From assembly GCA_963745835.1 (NCBI GenBank), contig CAVUZH010000008.1, positions 32,001 through 96,000 on the forward strand: 64,000 nucleotides of DNA, written 5' to 3'. Below the pieces are notes generated by a model. It was not told the origin of the DNA. It saw nothing but the letters and a program-made list of their open reading frames with translations, and searched no databases. Made by a program: the position numbers and the translations under genes. This document shows, piece by piece, positions 28,909 through 39,172 of the stretch. The DNA is from an uncultured delta proteobacterium. GTDB lineage: Bacteria; Desulfobacterota; Binatia; UBA9968. The first letter of the stretch is position 1, and each line of letters opens with the position of its first letter.

Positions 28909-30633
28909 ATGTACCAAGACTACTTTGGCCTGAGCGATCTTCCATTCCGCGTTACGCCGGAGCCGCAATTTCTTTTCAGCAATCCCGCGCATCGAAATGC
29001 CTATGCCGCATTGCGCGAGGGCATCAATTCGCGCCGCGGTCTGATCGTGATTACTGGAGAAATCGGTACCGGAAAAACCACTCTACTGACCACCTTCCTG
29101 CAAAGTAATTTGGATCCGGCGTTGCAGAGTGCGGTGATCCTAAACCCCGGTTTCAGTTTTGCCGAGCTGCTTCGCTGTGCCTTGCATGATCTCGGGGTAC
29201 TCTCGTCAGCCGATAGCGAGGCCGAGTTGCTGGAGCGATTTAATAACTACGCGGCGCAAACGGCGCGGAGCAGCAACCTTGCCGTTTTTCTCGATGAAGC
29301 ACAGACGATTAGCCTCGATGTTCTCAACCAGTTGCTGCGGCTATCCAATCTCGACAGTGACGACAAAAAGCTGGTCCAAGTTATTCTGATCGGGCAACCG
29401 GAGCTCGAGCAAAAACTCAACCACCCAGAACTCGCCAACCTGAAGCGGCGCGTTTCAGTGCACCAGACGCTTGCGCCGCTGACACCGGACGAAGTCGGCC
29501 GCTACATTGATTTCAGGCTGCGCCAAGCCGGATATCAAGGCAAACAATTGTTTGATCAACGTGCAGTTAAGAGAATAGTTCTGTACTCCGCCGGTATTCC
29601 TCGGCTCATCAATATCATTTGTGATAATGCTCTGCTTATCGCACTGGGCGCTTCTAAAAAGAGAGTTTCAGCCGCTATCGTTGATGAAGTCGCTGAAGAT
29701 CTACACGTCCAAACGCGGCCGGCACAGATTACTTCTGGCGTAGCGGGCCGCAAGCTCGTTCAGAGTGATGCGACCGGGCTGTCAAATGATGCAAATCCCT
29801 TCAGGCCAGAGTTCTTCGGCCGGCGGTACGCCAGCAGCACCCTGGCCGCGGGTTTCGGAGTTCTATTGGTCTTTGGTCTCTTAAGCGGCGTTAGCTCGAT
29901 GCTATATGATCAAGGCAAAAATCTGGCCTCAAGGATCGGCGCCGGCGCCGGACAGTTCTTCAGCGCCGATGCCAACAACCCCGTTCTGGTCCAATCAAGG
30001 CCGCAAGAGGGTCGTGATAATCCTGAAGATGGTTGGGCCGATTTCGGTCAGTTGAAGATGGAAGTAAGCCGCATTCTTATGAAGAACAAGGAGAGAACTC
30101 CTGATCCATCAGTTAGCAGGTTCCCCAAGGATTGGTCAAAATATGTTGGCGACCCTCAAACGACGGAGGTTCCCGGCATCCGGAGTGTTGACGATAAAAT
30201 AGCGCCGGCTCCGCCTAAAAAGAGCGTTGCGCCCGACGAAGCTACGGTAGCCACGGGAAGACTCGAGCCTACAGATCGCCGGCCCATACAAGCTCAGCCG
30301 GATCCTCAACTGCAAAGAGCGAGAGGTCCGCAGTACTGGCCGAACCAACCGACTGCAGCAAAGCCACCGAGAGCAGAGCGAGAACAGCGATTTTTTCAAG
30401 GCCTGTTCGAAGTCACGGCAGACTCTTTGGTGTTTGATGAACCTCGAATGGAGTCGGCTCTACTGAAAACATTGAGGCCCGGAAGTCAGGTGCGAGTGGA
30501 ACAGAAGCGGGGCAATTTTCTTCTGGTACGTTCAATGAAAGATCCGGAGATGTCAGGGTACGTTCACTTAGACCATGCGTACTTCAGGCGAATACGGCCG
30601 GAGAGCACTCAGACCAGGACTACGCAGCCATAA
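28909..30633 (+). CDS. ExeA/GspA-like AAA ATPase with TM segment, Pro-rich linker and C-terminal SH3b-like domain
   Basis: MYQDYFGL..LPF..TPEP, GEIGTGKT, LDEAQ, LIGQPEL and GIPRLINIICDNAL motifs; C-terminal ...TLRPGSQVRVEQ...GYV. Confidence 0.87.
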   Translation: MYQDYFGLSDLPFRVTPEPQFLFSNPAHRNAYAALREGINSRRGLIVITGEIGTGKTTLLTTFLQSNLDPALQSAVILNPGFSFAELLRCALHDLGVLSSADSEAELLERFNNYAAQTARSSNLAVFLDEAQTISLDVLNQLLRLSNLDSDDKKLVQVILIGQPELEQKLNHPELANLKRRVSVHQTLAPLTPDEVGRYIDFRLRQAGYQGKQLFDQRAVKRIVLYSAGIPRLINIICDNALLIALGASKKRVSAAIVDEVAEDLHVQTRPAQITSGVAGRKLVQSDATGLSNDANPFRPEFFGRRYASSTLAAGFGVLLVFGLLSGVSSMLYDQGKNLASRIGAGAGQFFSADANNPVLVQSRPQEGRDNPEDGWADFGQLKMEVSRILMKNKERTPDPSVSRFPKDWSKYVGDPQTTEVPGIRSVDDKIAPAPPKKSVAPDEATVATGRLEPTDRRPIQAQPDPQLQRARGPQYWPNQPTAAKPPRAEREQRFFQGLFEVTADSLVFDEPRMESALLKTLRPGSQVRVEQKRGNFLLVRSMKDPEMSGYVHLDHAYFRRIRPESTQTRTTQP

Positions 30634-30834
30634 TACTCAAGCTGCACCTGCGGTGGTCGACATCAATCTTTACGATGACTTGCTATTTGTGAGCGGAGAG
30701 ATTCACTAGACGGTAGACAGGTCGACAATTCGTTCTGTGGAAGCCCGAGCGCCGGACCAGAGCTAGCTATCCATCCGGCAGTCCGCCGTTCTTGTCTATC
30801 TTCATTGCGTCTTCTGTCGGCAACATGATTCACA

Positions 30835-31590
30835 TCATCCGTCGGCTATCATCGAATTGAACCGCTGACAAAACTCCCCGATGGCGCCATGATGGGCGAA
30901 GCTTGCGTATTCATCGAGCATGGTTGGTTCCCGGTTGATGATTGCCAGAACGGCGCCGTTGTGCCGGGCGATAACTGGAAAAGAAGCCGCCGGCTGTACT
31001 TGCAACGAAGAGCCCATGACCATAAAGATGCGCGCCTGCTCGGTCCATTCCTGAGCCTGGCGCATGGCTCGTTCCGGCATCGCTTGGCCGAATGAGATCG
31101 TCGCGGATTTCAGAATGCCGCCGCAGTCATCACATCTTGGCGAGGAGAAGTTGCCGGTCAAACGTTCCATGATGATGACCGGATCATAAGACTTACTGCA
31201 CTCCAGACAGCGGATAGTCCGATTGCTGCCGTGCAATTCGACGATTTTGTCTTCGGGCAGTCCGGATTGACTGTGCAGGCCGTCAACATTCTGCGTGATC
31301 AGCCCGATGAGTTTGCCTTTTTCGTTCAGCGATTGAACGAAGTAGTGGCCGATGTTGGGCTTGGCATTTTGGTCCACCGCGTACGTTTCCAAGCGCCGCT
31401 TCCAGGCCTCGACGCGGGATTCCTCGCTGCTGATGAACTCTTGAAAACTCACCGGTCGGTAACGGCTCCAGATCCCGCCCGGGCTACGGAAATCGGGAAT
31501 ACCGGACTCGGTGCTAATCCCGGCGCCAGTGAACACAACGATCTCTCGGCTCTCTCTGATTGCTCCAGCGAATTCTTCCAGGTTCATCAT
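30835..31590 (-). CDS. NAD-dependent protein deacylase (sirtuin, CobB/NpdA-like)
   Basis: GAGISTESGIPDFRS, TQNVDGLH, ELHGS, two CxxC pairs and GSSLQVQPA. Confidence 0.93.
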   Translation of the reverse strand: MMNLEEFAGAIRESREIVVFTGAGISTESGIPDFRSPGGIWSRYRPVSFQEFISSEESRVEAWKRRLETYAVDQNAKPNIGHYFVQSLNEKGKLIGLITQNVDGLHSQSGLPEDKIVELHGSNRTIRCLECSKSYDPVIIMERLTGNFSSPRCDDCGGILKSATISFGQAMPERAMRQAQEWTEQARIFMVMGSSLQVQPAASFPVIARHNGAVLAIINREPTMLDEYASFAHHGAIGEFCQRFNSMIADG

Positions 31591-31631
31591 AAAAATTTAT
31601 AGAACAGCCCAGGCGCGGAAAACAACCGCGT

Positions 31632-32819
31632 TCAAACCAATTTTTTCGCCGTTTGGGGCAACTTGAGCAGCATGGCCAGGACACCGCCGCAGGTAATCAG
31701 GCTTCCCGCGACGACGAATCCCATGGCAAATAAACCGGCATCGCCCATCATACCTATAAATGTCGGGATCGCGCCGCCGCCCACCATAAATCCGAACGGC
31801 ACAGTGAAAGCGACCGCCAGGTTCCGAGCATTAGGTCCGGTGATCAGCGCCAATGCGGCGAATGCCGCCGGAAAAAACCAAACTGCTACAAGCGGCTGAA
31901 CTACAACCACGGCGCTGGTCCACCAACCTGAAACGACGCCCAGAAGCAAGGTCGCGATTCCAGTAAAAATCAGGCTCACGACGATCGTTCGTTTGGGTCC
32001 GAGCCAGTCCGATACCCAACCGCCGAGGAGTCCGAGCATCGGTCCATGAATCCGCGAAAGCGCCACCACCGTGTTGGCCCAGCTCGGGTGCATGGCTTGC
32101 TCGCTAACCAGGTACAGTGGCAGCATCGCGTACACTCCGATAGTCGAGCTCACGCCCAGACCAAACAAAGTCAGCATGAGCCAAAATGCCGGGGTCCTGA
32201 CCAGGGCGCCAAACGCACGCGAACCAGGAAACTCGCCGGCAAATTCACCGCCGCGGCCATAACATTGATAGGTAAGGCTCGCTATGATCGATGTTGCCCC
32301 AAGTGAGCCGAGCGCCACACGCCAGGTTGCCCAGGTAAGGAATAATTCGGCGATGAAAGGACTGGCAAAGAAAGCCAGGTTTGGCGCAAGCTCATGCACG
32401 CCGATCGCTTTGCCCCAATGCTCTTGTTTGATGACCGAGGTGATCGTCGCGATCGCCGAGGGAATGTAAAGACCGGCTGCGACGCCGAGAGCCAGCAGGC
32501 CGAGCCGGACGGTCAATAAATTCGTGGCGAACGCAATCGCAATCAGAGCTATGCCAACGCCCGCGCTGGAGAGAACAATAATTAGCTTGTGCGTCGCGCG
32601 CGCGGCAAAAAATCCCGAGCCCAGTAGCCCGAACAGATAACCTGCCGAAATCAGGAAGAAGAAAAAGCCGGCCTGGCCATGACTGATCGCCAATTCGTTT
32701 TCAATGGTTGGAAGCAGTGGTGAGAGAATGATTCTGGCGGTGAAGTTAAGAAGAAAAATCCCTACCAGGAAAAACACCGGCTGTAGGATCGTCAGAAAAT
32801 TTTTCGATTCGCGGCTCAA
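31632..32819 (-). CDS. MFS transporter
   Basis: About 12 hydrophobic segments and the GWVSDWLGPK motif; likely TTG start at 32819, since the longer ORF overlaps Hsp20. Confidence 0.87.
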   Translation of the reverse strand: MSRESKNFLTILQPVFFLVGIFLLNFTARIILSPLLPTIENELAISHGQAGFFFFLISAGYLFGLLGSGFFAARATHKLIIVLSSAGVGIALIAIAFATNLLTVRLGLLALGVAAGLYIPSAIATITSVIKQEHWGKAIGVHELAPNLAFFASPFIAELFLTWATWRVALGSLGATSIIASLTYQCYGRGGEFAGEFPGSRAFGALVRTPAFWLMLTLFGLGVSSTIGVYAMLPLYLVSEQAMHPSWANTVVALSRIHGPMLGLLGGWVSDWLGPKRTIVVSLIFTGIATLLLGVVSGWWTSAVVVVQPLVAVWFFPAAFAALALITGPNARNLAVAFTVPFGFMVGGGAIPTFIGMMGDAGLFAMGFVVAGSLITCGGVLAMLLKLPQTAKKLV

Positions 32820-32952
32820 CGTTGCGCCCGGTGGATGTTTTGATCGACGCCGATTGTCACAAGCAAATATCTGAAACCCGATGGCAAGCGTAAAGCAAGA
32901 GGGGGAAGCAACCTGCTTCCCCCCTCTTAATACTGCTGAACGTGCTCGAAGA

Positions 32953-33396
32953 TTAGTGCACGCTGATTTGTATTTGCCGCGGCTTGGCCTCTTCCGCCTT
33001 GGGAATGTGAACTTCGAGTATACCGTCCTTGTACGTGGCCTGAATCGCGTCATGCTTTACACTCTCAGGCAGCGTGAAGGATCTTACGAACTTTCCGGTA
33101 ACCCGTTCCACGGAGCGATACTCAACGCCTTCAGCGGGCTTGTTAAACTTCCGTTCGCCCGTGAGAGTCAATGTCCCCTCCTCAATCTCCAGGTTGAAAT
33201 CCTCTTTGTTCATTCCTGGAAGTTCGGCTCGGAGCACATAGGCGTCTTTGCTTTCGAGAATATCGACAGCGGGATACCAGGTTCTGCCGGTTGCGGCGTT
33301 AGCGCGCGAGCGGCCGTAATTTTCATCAAACAAACCGTTGATCCGCGATTGAACCTTGTTCAAGCTTTCAAACGGTGTCCATGTTACCAATTCCAT
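32953..33396 (-). CDS. Hsp20/alpha-crystallin small heat shock protein
   Basis: PAVDI.E, AELPG, LTGERK, FVRSFTLP and ATYKDGIL motifs; RBS GAGGAG. Confidence 0.93.
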   Translation of the reverse strand: MELVTWTPFESLNKVQSRINGLFDENYGRSRANAATGRTWYPAVDILESKDAYVLRAELPGMNKEDFNLEIEEGTLTLTGERKFNKPAEGVEYRSVERVTGKFVRSFTLPESVKHDAIQATYKDGILEVHIPKAEEAKPRQIQISVH

Positions 33397-33430
33397 AGGA
33401 TGACTCCTCTCTAAACCGTGTGATGAGGAC

Positions 33431-33459
33431 AACTTAAGAACGGCAACCGGGAGTGTCAA
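33431..33459 (-). promoter_or_regulatory. Sigma70-like promoter of hsp20
   Basis: Minus strand TTGACA-17 nt-TAAGTT; the -35 is half of a TGTCAA-N4-TTGACA palindrome. Confidence 0.6.
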
Positions 33460-33538
33460 CGGCTTGACAAGCACCGGCATCGAGCTTAAATTCTGTCGCG
33501 GGAAAAACGCTCAAAACGAAGCCGCCTGCAAATACGCT

Positions 33539-34861
33539 TCATTCCGTCACCCGAATTTGGGTGGAGAGTTGATAGTTCAGCCCATCGATCTCGTAATCGA
33601 GCTCGCCAAAAAAAGCCACGTGCCCCTGCTTCGGCTGGGTGACTTCGCCGACAACGATCCCATCGGAGATATCGGCCGTTTGCTGAATCCACTTAACTGC
33701 GCGAAAATCCTTTGATGCTGTTTGCGCAACCCAAAGCCGCGCGCCCAGTGGCTGTGGATTCCCCGCGATGCTTAAGCGCAATTTGCCGTCGCTATCTTCA
33801 TGCTTCCAGCTTACGTCCGGCATCGGACGCCGGCTTATTTGATGCCGGGAAAAAGCCGCTAAGCCATTAATCAGATCGGCCGTTTGATCCGAATTACCTC
33901 GGTCCTGCCGTCTCAAGTCATGGCCGGCATTGGGAACATAAATCACCCACTTGTTAGCTGGCAGCTCGTTCCAATAAAGGTTGAGCGCGTCAGTAGCCCA
34001 ATAAAAATCGTTGGTGCCGTTGACGATCAACTTGGGCAACGTCAGCCGCTCACGGTATGCCCACGGATCGATCATGCTCAGAAGGCGCTGGCCCTCCGCT
34101 GATTCTGGTATGGGCACCAAGCCACGGCTGGTGTAGGGTTGCAGGCGGGCGCTATACGCGCCGAAGGCTTTTAATTGCCGCGGCATTTGCGCCCGCATGT
34201 TAAGCGTGTCGATGACTACGGGAGCAATGGCGCCGATTCGCTGATCAACGGCCGCGGCAAGCCAGGTCGTCCAGCCGCGCTTGGATGCTCCGGCGACAAT
34301 GAACTTGCTCGTCGGCTCGCCCCATTCCCCTTTGCCGAACGCCTGCAAGACATCCATGGCTTTAACGACACTTTTCACCATCGGGAAAAGCAGCGGCCAG
34401 TTTTCATCTTTGGTCTTGAGATAACGCACGAACGTCTCGGCGATGAGATCATCCTCCACAAGCTGCTCTTCCAACAGCGGCTGATTCGGAATCTGATAAA
34501 GAAAGGCCACAGGAGCTTTGCTCTTGCGAGCCAGCTCCATGCCGAACGCAATTTGTCCCGGCGTTGCCGAACCACCGGTCACCCATAGCAGCATCATCGC
34601 CGCCGGTTCGACGGACTGCGGCCGGTAGACTTGCAATTGATGCTGCCAGTTCTTGCCCTGCCAGGTCTGGGATACGAAATGGAGATCGTAGATGCGATCT
34701 CCCGCTGCTTGGTCGGGCTTGCCGTTCTGCTTCCAACTGAAGTTCGGCTCCGGTTTTCGGATAAATGTTTCCAGATCAGCCCATAACGGAGTCGCCCACA
34801 AGGTCAATCCGGCACAAGCAAACAAACCAACGACAATCATGAATCTATTTCTGAGAAACAT
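33539..34861 (-). CDS. PhoPQ-activated pathogenicity-related protein PqaA family (alpha/beta hydrolase-like), secreted
   Basis: SQTW...WQH, IPNQPL, EDDLIA, LFPMVKS, GASKRGWTTW and GTNDFYW motifs. Confidence 0.88.
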   Translation of the reverse strand: MFLRNRFMIVVGLFACAGLTLWATPLWADLETFIRKPEPNFSWKQNGKPDQAAGDRIYDLHFVSQTWQGKNWQHQLQVYRPQSVEPAAMMLLWVTGGSATPGQIAFGMELARKSKAPVAFLYQIPNQPLLEEQLVEDDLIAETFVRYLKTKDENWPLLFPMVKSVVKAMDVLQAFGKGEWGEPTSKFIVAGASKRGWTTWLAAAVDQRIGAIAPVVIDTLNMRAQMPRQLKAFGAYSARLQPYTSRGLVPIPESAEGQRLLSMIDPWAYRERLTLPKLIVNGTNDFYWATDALNLYWNELPANKWVIYVPNAGHDLRRQDRGNSDQTADLINGLAAFSRHQISRRPMPDVSWKHEDSDGKLRLSIAGNPQPLGARLWVAQTASKDFRAVKWIQQTADISDGIVVGEVTQPKQGHVAFFGELDYEIDGLNYQLSTQIRVTE

Positions 34862-35094
34862 TCACTCTACTCCTAAGGCCTCATCATTACCCCCTAACAC
34901 TAACCATCTAATCAGGTCTAGGGTCGCAGCTTCGCGCTGATCGCACAAGTCTCCGGGTTCGGGTCGAATTTCGTCTTGACTCTTGTTTTGGCTTTGATCT
35001 AAGGTTGGCCAGCGTTGATGCCCGCAATGGACTGATTCTCCCTCGGTAAACCTATGACCTCGATCAGCCACTGCAAAAGGACGGTCTAGGTACG

Positions 35095-36675
35095 ATGTAC
35101 AACAGCTACTTCGGATTTTCGGTCTCCCCTTTTCGTGTTACTCCCGATCCGAATTTATTTTACAGCAATCCGGTTTACGAAGAAGCCTACGCTAATTTGC
35201 GGTATGGAATCGAGGCCAAAAAAGGTTTCATCGTCATAACCGGTGAAGTGGGCACAGGGAAGACCACCTTGCTCCGTAAACTGATGACGCACACCTCGGA
35301 AGGAATCATCCATACGGTTTATATTTTTAATACATACTTGAATTTCACCGAATTGCTGCAGGTGATTCACTACGATCTGGGCCTGGGTCAAAAGGAAGCA
35401 AACAAGGTAAAGCTGCTTCAGGAATTGAACGATTTTCTTATCACGCAACTGGGAAACGGCAACATTGTGTCGGTCCTGGTGGACGAAGCCCAAAACCTAA
35501 GCGATGAAGCTCTCGAAGGTCTGAGACTTCTCTCGAACTTGGAAACCGATCAGGAAAAGCTCATCCAAATCGTGCTGATGGGCCAACCCGAACTCCAGGC
35601 AAGACTGGATCAGCCTAGCTTGCGGCAGCTCAAACAACGTGTGGCGCTTCAATGCCGGCTCGTTCCGCTCAGGGACGAGGAGGTATGTCGTTATGTCGAT
35701 TTTCGACTCAGTGCCGCCGGATATACCGGTAAGCGCCTATTCCATCCGGATGCCTATCGGCAGATTGCCGTCGCTTCAAATGGTATCCCCCGGCTGGTGA
35801 ATATCATCTGCGATAATGCCCTGCTCTGCGCCTTCGGCCGATCTGAGAAAATCATTTCTAAAGACATCATCAATGAAGTGGCCGGCGATCTCAGGCTAAC
35901 ACCGCGAACACAGCTCGCTCAGAAGCAAATCATCTCTAGCCCGATCGACACACAACCGGACACGAATATGCCCGTTCCGAAATCGACAACCAAGCTTCCT
36001 CAGCGCAAACTGAGGCGCCTGGCGCGCTTCGGCCTGGAGACCTGCTTAGTCGTTGTTGGCTTGATCACCGTGGCTTCGTTTATTGATCCAAGGAACTTCC
36101 TGGTTAACGCCGGGAGAACCCTCGAAACCGCCAAGGGTAATTTAAATGAATGGGCTCTGTTCATGAGTCATCATCAGGTGGCGGCGCCGGCGAAGGTCAA
36201 TACACAGGTGGAGGTTGAAATTACGGAGCAGCGAGTGATCATTCCGCAGGGCTCGAGCATCTATAAAATTGCCACTGAAGCTTATGGAACCAAGAATGGC
36301 CTCGGCATGGATCTGATCAAAGAGTTCAATCCCGGGATCAAGAGTCTCGGGAAAGTGGCGGCAGGGCGGTCCCTTTTGCTGCCTGTGCTGACTCCGGAAA
36401 CATTGCTGCGCCGGCAGCCCGACGGCTCATATCGTCTCATTGCGGCGTCGTTTCAGAACCCCACAGCAGCGGATGAATACGCGCAGCGTTTAAGGAACAA
36501 GGGCTATCAAGTCTCGATTACACCCAGAAAGGTCTCGGAAGATCTCTTGCTTCATCGGATTGAAATCGACGGTTTACAAAATCCCGAGGAGGCCAATCAC
36601 ATTTGGTTAGCGGGCCTGAGGAATGACTCGATTGGTTCAGGTGTTGATGCCGACCGTAATTCGGTAAGCAGGTAG
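35095..36675 (+). CDS. ExeA/GspA-like AAA ATPase with TM segment, LysM-like and SPOR-like periplasmic domains
   Basis: MYNSYFGF..PF..TPDP, GEVGTGKT, VDEAQNL and GIPRLVNIICDNAL; IPQGSSIYKIA...NP (LysM-like); ASFQNPTAADEYAQRLRNKGY (SPOR-like). Confidence 0.88.
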   Translation: MYNSYFGFSVSPFRVTPDPNLFYSNPVYEEAYANLRYGIEAKKGFIVITGEVGTGKTTLLRKLMTHTSEGIIHTVYIFNTYLNFTELLQVIHYDLGLGQKEANKVKLLQELNDFLITQLGNGNIVSVLVDEAQNLSDEALEGLRLLSNLETDQEKLIQIVLMGQPELQARLDQPSLRQLKQRVALQCRLVPLRDEEVCRYVDFRLSAAGYTGKRLFHPDAYRQIAVASNGIPRLVNIICDNALLCAFGRSEKIISKDIINEVAGDLRLTPRTQLAQKQIISSPIDTQPDTNMPVPKSTTKLPQRKLRRLARFGLETCLVVVGLITVASFIDPRNFLVNAGRTLETAKGNLNEWALFMSHHQVAAPAKVNTQVEVEITEQRVIIPQGSSIYKIATEAYGTKNGLGMDLIKEFNPGIKSLGKVAAGRSLLLPVLTPETLLRRQPDGSYRLIAASFQNPTAADEYAQRLRNKGYQVSITPRKVSEDLLLHRIEIDGLQNPEEANHIWLAGLRNDSIGSGVDADRNSVSR

Positions 36676-36698
36676 AGCAGCCACATCGCGGTGAAAAT

Positions 36699-37382
36699 AT
36701 GAGCAGCGTATATGACGCACTGACAAAAGCCGAAAAAAAAACCCAGACCTCGGGCGCTCTAGCGGTCTCTTGGCATGGGCTAAGCTTCGAATGGAGGGTT
36801 ATGCTGGTGGTTCTTGGGCTTTTTTTCGTCGTGATTATGCATCAGCTCGTGGCGCGCGTGCTGCGGGATCATATGCAGGAAAGCGCGGTCCTGATGGCGA
36901 CGAACTTGAGTGATGCAGCCGCAGGCTATATCGCCAGCAACGATGCGCTCCGCCTCAAAACAACGGTGACGAAGTACGCCCGCTTGAGCAGAGTTGCCTA
37001 TGTTTTTGTTCAAGACCGCGAGGGAAAGATCATCGCCAGTAGCTCGGCAGGTTTATTCCGAGAGTTCCAACCGGCAGTTACTTCAAATCAGGACCTTCAA
37101 GTCAGTCAGCGAGAACTCACCGTGGAAGGCAAACCGGTTTACGAAACCCGAGCGCCGATACTTGATGGCCAGCTCGGCAATACGCACATCGGCATCTGGG
37201 CAGGTGCTGTCGAAGCAGACATTCACAAGGCTCTGTTTAAGTTTGTCTGGCCTATTTCCTTGGGACTTCTTGCGGCTGTGATCGCGGTCGTGATGTTGGC
37301 ACAGCCGTTGGTTCGCGCGGTGCGCCGGCTGATTGAGCTGCGGTCAGCTGCCCAGGGAGCAGCAACCCAGCGGGTAGAGTAA
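36699..37382 (+). CDS. Two-TM protein with an ExeB/GspB-like N-terminal peptide and a periplasmic sensor-like domain
   Basis: Starts MSSVYDALTKAE; TM-domain (VAYVFVQDREGKIIASS...API..GQLG..HIG)-TM; no kinase or output domain. Confidence 0.6.
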   Translation: MSSVYDALTKAEKKTQTSGALAVSWHGLSFEWRVMLVVLGLFFVVIMHQLVARVLRDHMQESAVLMATNLSDAAAGYIASNDALRLKTTVTKYARLSRVAYVFVQDREGKIIASSSAGLFREFQPAVTSNQDLQVSQRELTVEGKPVYETRAPILDGQLGNTHIGIWAGAVEADIHKALFKFVWPISLGLLAAVIAVVMLAQPLVRAVRRLIELRSAAQGAATQRVE

Positions 37383-37430
37383 AATCTCAGGCTCAGATCC
37401 TGGCAGGACGCGCCAATTTGCTCTGTATCT

Positions 37431-37787
37431 CTATGAAGCATCGGCGGGTTTGTAGCCGTCAAAATCCCAAATCAATTCCTTATTGAGCTCGGCCACCACT
37501 TCGCCCCAGGAGGGACGGGCGCACTGCGCCAGCAACTCTGCCACTGCCTGAATTACAGCGGGCCATTCAAAAACCGCCACAATCAGCTTGCCCCTGCCCC
37601 AATGTGCGTCAGAGTCTTTGGCTAAACGAGCAGCGGTCATCACAGTAAAGCTGAAAGCCTCTTCCCCCTCATCATCTTTGGGGCCGACAAAGAGTTGAAA
37701 CAGAATTTCGCAATCGGCGGGGTTTTTGGGCAAATTAGGGGGCTCGAGGTCAGGGCTGGAGATGCGGCGTATTTCAGGCCAGATCAT
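37431..37787 (-). CDS. Imm8-family immunity protein (orphan)
   Basis: Pattern EIRRISSPDL...P..P.D....LFVGP....GEEAFSFTV.T...W..V...L; RBS AAGGAG. Confidence 0.7.
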   Translation of the reverse strand: MIWPEIRRISSPDLEPPNLPKNPADCEILFQLFVGPKDDEGEEAFSFTVMTAARLAKDSDAHWGRGKLIVAVFEWPAVIQAVAELLAQCARPSWGEVVAELNKELIWDFDGYKPADAS

Positions 37788-37948
37788 GGTTGGTTCTATG
37801 CTCCTTCGTTGGTTCCCAGGGTTCGAAGATCAGATAGCGAAATCCGGGATATTGCTCTGAGAGCTCAGCCGGCCTCGAGCGGCCTGACTTTATCACTAAT
37901 GCGTTGGCACTCTAAACTTTTTTGGCAGGAATGTTTAGCGCCACCGGT

Positions 37949-39142
37949 TTACTGACGGTAATCTTTCGCGCAGCGGAAACCAAGGTCGTCAGCACGAGTG
38001 GTTGGGCTCGCGTGCATACGCCAGTTTGAATTCAGTCGCTCTGGAGGATCGTACCATCCTCCGCCGCGGATCACCTTTGCCGTGCCATTCTCGGGCCCTT
38101 TTGGATTTCTCACGTCGCCGCGCACGAACCCTGCGGCGAACCAATCCGATACCCACTCAGAAGCATTGCCTGCCATATCGTGCGCGCCGTACGGGCTCTT
38201 ACCGGCCGGGCGACTCTCGACTGGCGCAAGTCCTCCGCTGTACGGACCTTCCGCCGATTTACCAAAATTAGCGTGCGCCGGAGTGGGGTCTTCACTGCCC
38301 CACGGATACTTGCGACCATCTCCGCCGCGCGCGGCCTTCTCCCATTCGGACTCGGTGGGCAGGCGCTTGCCCGCCCACCGGCAGTAGGCCTCCGCGTCGT
38401 GCCAGTCCACACCCACGACCGGCAATGCGCCGGCGCTTTCCAGATGTAATTGCTGCCAGCCTTCCGGCGGCCTTGCACCGCCGGTTGCGTCTAAGAATTT
38501 TGCGTAACGCGAAAGCGTCACCTCGTACTTGTCGATATAGAAGTTATCCAAATAAACCTTTCGCAGCGGCGACTCCACGTCGTCTCCCATAACGAAATTG
38601 CCGGCCGGAACCATGACCGCAATGGCTCCGTCATTGCCGGTGACTTCCGCAGCTGGACCTCGGAACATCCAATAAGCGTACACGCCGGCGCAACCGACGG
38701 CAGCGACCAACACCGCGGCAGCGTTCTTTAACCTAGCACGGCGTCGAGCTTGGGCGATTCGGTAGACTTGGTCTGCCACCCCGGCGGTGAGATCTCCTTG
38801 GGGTTCGAGCAATGTGATCGACTTTAGATAGGGCGGAATCCGCTCGAGCGAAATGGGGCGGAGTATAACCGGTAACACCCTTCCGGCGGGATGCCCCCAC
38901 GTCTTCTGTGCAATCGCCAGTTCGGTGAGCGTGTAACTACCTGGATCGAGCGAGTCCGGGCTTATCATGAATAGCACAAGCTGAGATTTTTCGATCGCCC
39001 GCCGGATTCGCGCATCATACTCCTCCCCCGCCGGCAGGTCCGCCCGGTCGAAAAACACCGTGTGTCCTTGCGCGCGCAAAGCAAGATAGATCGGCTCAAC
39101 CAGTGTCCGATCGCTTGATGAATAGCTCAGAAACACTCTCAT
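37949..39142 (-). CDS. TIR domain - TM - FGE/sulfatase-modifying (C-type lectin-like) domain protein
   Basis: N-terminal VFLSYSSSDR...FFDR..LPAGEE...YTLTEL...VLPV; TM helix; VPAGNFVMG, FYIDKYEVT, RLPTESEWEKAARG, DMAGNASEW and GFRC motifs. Confidence 0.9.
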   Translation of the reverse strand: MRVFLSYSSSDRTLVEPIYLALRAQGHTVFFDRADLPAGEEYDARIRRAIEKSQLVLFMISPDSLDPGSYTLTELAIAQKTWGHPAGRVLPVILRPISLERIPPYLKSITLLEPQGDLTAGVADQVYRIAQARRRARLKNAAAVLVAAVGCAGVYAYWMFRGPAAEVTGNDGAIAVMVPAGNFVMGDDVESPLRKVYLDNFYIDKYEVTLSRYAKFLDATGGARPPEGWQQLHLESAGALPVVGVDWHDAEAYCRWAGKRLPTESEWEKAARGGDGRKYPWGSEDPTPAHANFGKSAEGPYSGGLAPVESRPAGKSPYGAHDMAGNASEWVSDWFAAGFVRGDVRNPKGPENGTAKVIRGGGWYDPPERLNSNWRMHASPTTRADDLGFRCAKDYRQ

Positions 39143-39172
39143 GGCGGGGTTTTCGATGGTCGAAGCGGTTAA

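Noticed and set aside
30835-31590. Sirtuin as a possible anti-phage Sir2 effector near the TIR gene
   Set aside because: It is a stand-alone canonical Zn-binding deacylase, lies 6 kb from the TIR gene and has no defence partners.
37949-38100. FGE C-terminus as a diversity-generating retroelement variable region
   Set aside because: No template repeat or reverse transcriptase seen in this window.
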